Of a stretch of 64,000 nucleotides of DNA, positions 60,505 through 64,000 are shown piece after piece. The position numbers and the translations under genes are program-made. The DNA is taken from assembly GCA_951406725.2 (NCBI GenBank), contig OX597838.1, positions 18,972,001-19,036,000 on the forward strand. The letters run 5' to 3'. This DNA comes from Octopus vulgaris. Taxonomy: Eukaryota. Position 1 is the stretch's first letter, and each line of letters starts with the position of its first letter. Below the pieces are notes generated by a model, which did no database searches, was not told the DNA's origin, and saw nothing but the letters and a program-made list of their open reading frames with translations.

Positions 60505-60543
<39 letters not shown>

Positions 60544-60987
60544 GTGTGTGTGTGTGCGTGCGTGCGTGTGCCTTTGAGTTTGTCCCCGCATCGCTTGACA
60601 ACCGGTGTTAGTTTGTTTACATCACAGTAAAACAAACAAACAAAAAAAAAGAAACCGATAGAATAAATTCTAGACTTGTAAAATAAAGGGTCAACCCAAA
60701 ATAAGCAGAGGGGTCGATTTGATAAGCTATGCCCCATCTTGGTCGCAGTTCAATGAATGAAACGGGTAGAAGAGTGATACGTTTTTGAGAGCATAGATTA
60801 CGGTTATGTTGATAACATTAATATTCTTTTAAAGGTAGTTTGGATCCTCGTTCTTACACAATTGTCCCCCGACTCCGATTTTGTCCCGTCACAACTTTTA
60901 GAAACTTGGATATTTCTTACTGAAATTTTCTATATATATACTTTTCAGATTGTAAAGATTGTGAAGACATCGAAATTTAAAAGGAAA

Positions 60988-61189
60988 GGGCATTCTTTCG
61001 ATATAACTCGACAAAATCAAAACAGGAGTGGCTGTGTGGTAAGTAGCTTGCTAACCAACCACATGGTTCCGGGTTCAGTCCCACTGCGTGGCATCTTGGG
61101 CAAGTGTCTTCTGCTATAGCCCCGGGCCGACCAATGCCTTGTGAGTGGATTTGGTAGACGGAAACTGAAAGAAGCCTGTCGTATATATG

Positions 61190-61230
<41 letters not shown>

Positions 61231-61833
61231 CTGTTTGTCCCCCTAGCATTGCTTGACAACCGATGCTGGTGTGTTTATGTCCCTGTTACTTAGCGGTTCG
61301 GCAAAAGAGACCGATAGAATAAGTATTGGGGCTTACAAAAGAATAAGTCCTGGGGTCGATTTGCTCGACTAAAGGCGGTGCTCCAGCATGGCCGCAGTCA
61401 AATGACTGAAACAAGTAAAAGAGTAAAGAGTAGTTCACTTCGGGTATTTCCGTGGAAGCAAATGACAGTTCGATTCTGTTTTCTGCTTGGAAATTGGCAG
61501 ATTGGATCTTTTTCCTTTTGAAGGGCACATGTCAACACAATTTCTAGTTAACTAAACACTTTAAAACTTCGTATATTGGTAGAATGTGTCAAAATAAAAC
61601 ATTTTTTTCTCTTGGCTTTCTTGATAAAATTGTAATTTGTTTAACGTAGTTTAATTTTACACACACACACACATGAAACAGGAAAGAACAAATATGCAAG
61701 GCTATTTTTTTATTTCTTCAAGTTTAAAATGAGACATTGCTGGCATAATTTCGTTATATCTATACTCCACAACCGACGGAAATACCCGAAGTGAAATTAT
61801 TTGCTTTTGTCGAGTTATATCGAAGGAATGCCC
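60988..61833. mobile_element. MITE with long TIRs, containing a SINE insertion (~61023-61430)
   Basis: GGGCATTC(T/C)TTCGATATAACTCGACAAAA inverted at both ends; inner IR TTCACTTCGGGTATTTCCGT. Confidence 0.7.
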
Positions 61834-62100
61834 GAATATGTATCTCAGCAAAGTTTCATAGAAAAATATGCATTTTCTTTATAAAGTTACGACGAAACAT
61901 CGCTGAGGGAGCACCATCTGAAGTTAGGACGACCTAATTGTGGCTGTGTGGTAAGTAGCTTGCTTACCAACCACATGGTTCCGAGTTCAGTCCCACTGTG
62001 TGGCACCTTTGGCAAGTGTCTTTTACTATAGCCTCGGGCTGACCAAAGCCTTGTAAGTGGATTTGGTAGACGGAAACTGTAAAGAAGCCCGTCGTATATA

Positions 62101-62138
<38 letters not shown>

Positions 62139-62622
62139 TCCCCACAACATCGCTTGACAACTGTTCATTGCCCGGTTGTCAATGCAACATTCGGAACAAG
62201 TCTCCAATCTGAGGATAACTTTCTCCCCGACCTGTCTCAAAGAACCAGTGAAAAGTTATAGACAGTGTTTTTGCTCTGAATAACCATTTAAAAGTAAAAT
62301 ATTGCCGAAACACGATGGTGAGAAAACATTTTGAAAGAGAAGATATTATAAGCAAGGGAATTAATCAGTAAAATCTAAAAGGTATTGATTTGTTGCAGCG
62401 TCCTTGTGAAATCTAATTAAACGAGCAAATTAGATCAGTAAATTATTACAAGGGCATAGTTTCGGTTGTAGTAGCACAGAATTACAAGCTTTAATATATT
62501 TATTTACTTCTCCATATATAAATGTAAAAGTTTAAAATGTAAACAAAAAGTGAAGTTGAAAATATGATATAAATAATGCAAGCAACAATATATACTTTAA
62601 ATTTGCCGAAGTCTAACGTCAA

Positions 62623-62695
62623 GGTTCCATGGTGTAGTGGTTATCACATCTGCTTAACACGCAGAAGGTCGTGAGTTCGAAACTCGCTGGAACCT
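62623..62695 (+). tRNA. tRNA-Val(AAC)
   Basis: Cloverleaf, long downstream T-run terminator. Confidence 0.93.
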
Positions 62696-63146
62696 ACGAG
62701 TGACAATTTTTTTTTTTTTTTTTTTACTTTTATATCGTTAAAAATTTCAATATACGAGATTTCAACCCTCTCTGACGTTGCTTCCTCACAACATCCAGAG
62801 AAATTTTCTTTTAATTGACATTTTCAGCAAATACGCTCCAAATGATGTATGTTAAGATTGTTTCAGGTTTTGTTGGGAAAGCTTTTTTTTAACGAGAGTG
62901 GGGTAGGAAGTTTCTGAATGTTCACAAAAGTCGTCTTTGTTATCTCATAACTTTCAGAAAAATTTATGTTTCTTCATGAAATAAAGGAGTGGCTATGTGG
63001 CAAGTAGCTTGCTTACCAACCTCATGGTTCCGGGTTCAGTCCCACTGCATGGCACCTTGGGCAAGTGTTTTCCACTATAGCCTCGGGCAGACCAAAGCCT
63101 TGTGAGTGCATTTGGTAGAGGGAAACTGAAAGAAGCCCATCGAATA

Positions 63147-63187
<41 letters not shown>

Positions 63188-64000
63188 GTGTGTTTGTGTG
63201 TATGTATATATATATATATACTTAGCACTATTTCATTTGCCGTTATGTTCTGAGTTCAAATTCCGCCAAGGGGTCGATTAAATATCTACCAGTTACGCAC
63301 TGGGGTCGATGTAATTGACTTAATTCCTTTGTCTGTCCTTGTTTGTCCCCTCTATGTTTGGCCCCTTGTGGGCAATAAAGAAATAAGAAATAGGTGTCTC
63401 GATATTGAGGAGATACATGGTTACCCAGTCAGAGGGGAGAGAGAGAGAGTAATCAAGAATGAGAGAGAGAGAGAGAGAGAGCAAAGCCATTCAGAAAGTC
63501 CCACAGCCCACAGTTTGTCCATGACTGGGTAACAAACCACTATAGAATAGCTAAGCTAAGGTTTGAAACTGAATCCACATTGTCAAACAATTCCTCAGTC
63601 TATTGTTTTAGCCTTTTACACTCAGAGATCATCATCATCATCATCATCATCATCGTTTAACGTCCGTTCTCCATGCTAGCATGGGTTGGACGGTTCGACC
63701 GGGGATCTGGGAAGCCAGAAGGCTGCACCAGGCTCCGGTCTTATCTGGCAATGTTTCTACAGCTGGATGCCCTTCCTAACGCCAACCACTCCGTGAGTGT
63801 AGTGGGTGCTTTTTATGTGCCACCTGCACTGGTGCCAGGCGAGGCTGGCATCGGCCACGGTCGGATCGGTGCATTTTACGTGCCACCTGCACGGAAGCCA
63901 GTCGAGGCGGCACTGGCTTCGGCCACGATTCAGAATGTGCTTTTTACGTGCCACCGACACGGTGTAAAAGGTTAAAACAATAATGGGAATGTGTTGAGCT

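Overview
Eukaryotic, AT- and microsatellite-rich DNA. The SINE families strongly suggest an octopus (coleoid cephalopod). Bases ~2.3-42.7 kb carry a minus-strand CEP192/SPD-2-like gene. I traced 25 phase-compatible GT-AG coding exons (~1771 codons), a probable non-coding first exon and a CDE/CHR/CCAAT-type promoter; the gene continues past the left edge. Bases ~47.8-62.7 kb hold a tRNA-Val cluster (5 AAC, 3 CAC, plus a decayed copy) interrupted by a 5'-truncated RTE LINE. The rest is SINEs, MITEs and transposon relics. Most notable observations: (1) a palindromic, tRNA-headed short element ending in a minimal hammerhead ribozyme and a Penelope-like 40-nt tail, i.e. a candidate Penelope-dependent ribozyme SINE; (2) a perfect 450-bp palindrome with one hammerhead on each strand; (3) a 451-bp TGT...ACA inverted-repeat element with a 5-bp TSD carrying Gypsy gag; (4) all eight tRNA-Val genes have a U73 discriminator, and IRF/ISRE-like motifs recur within the cluster. 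All calls are by eye; no database searches were run.
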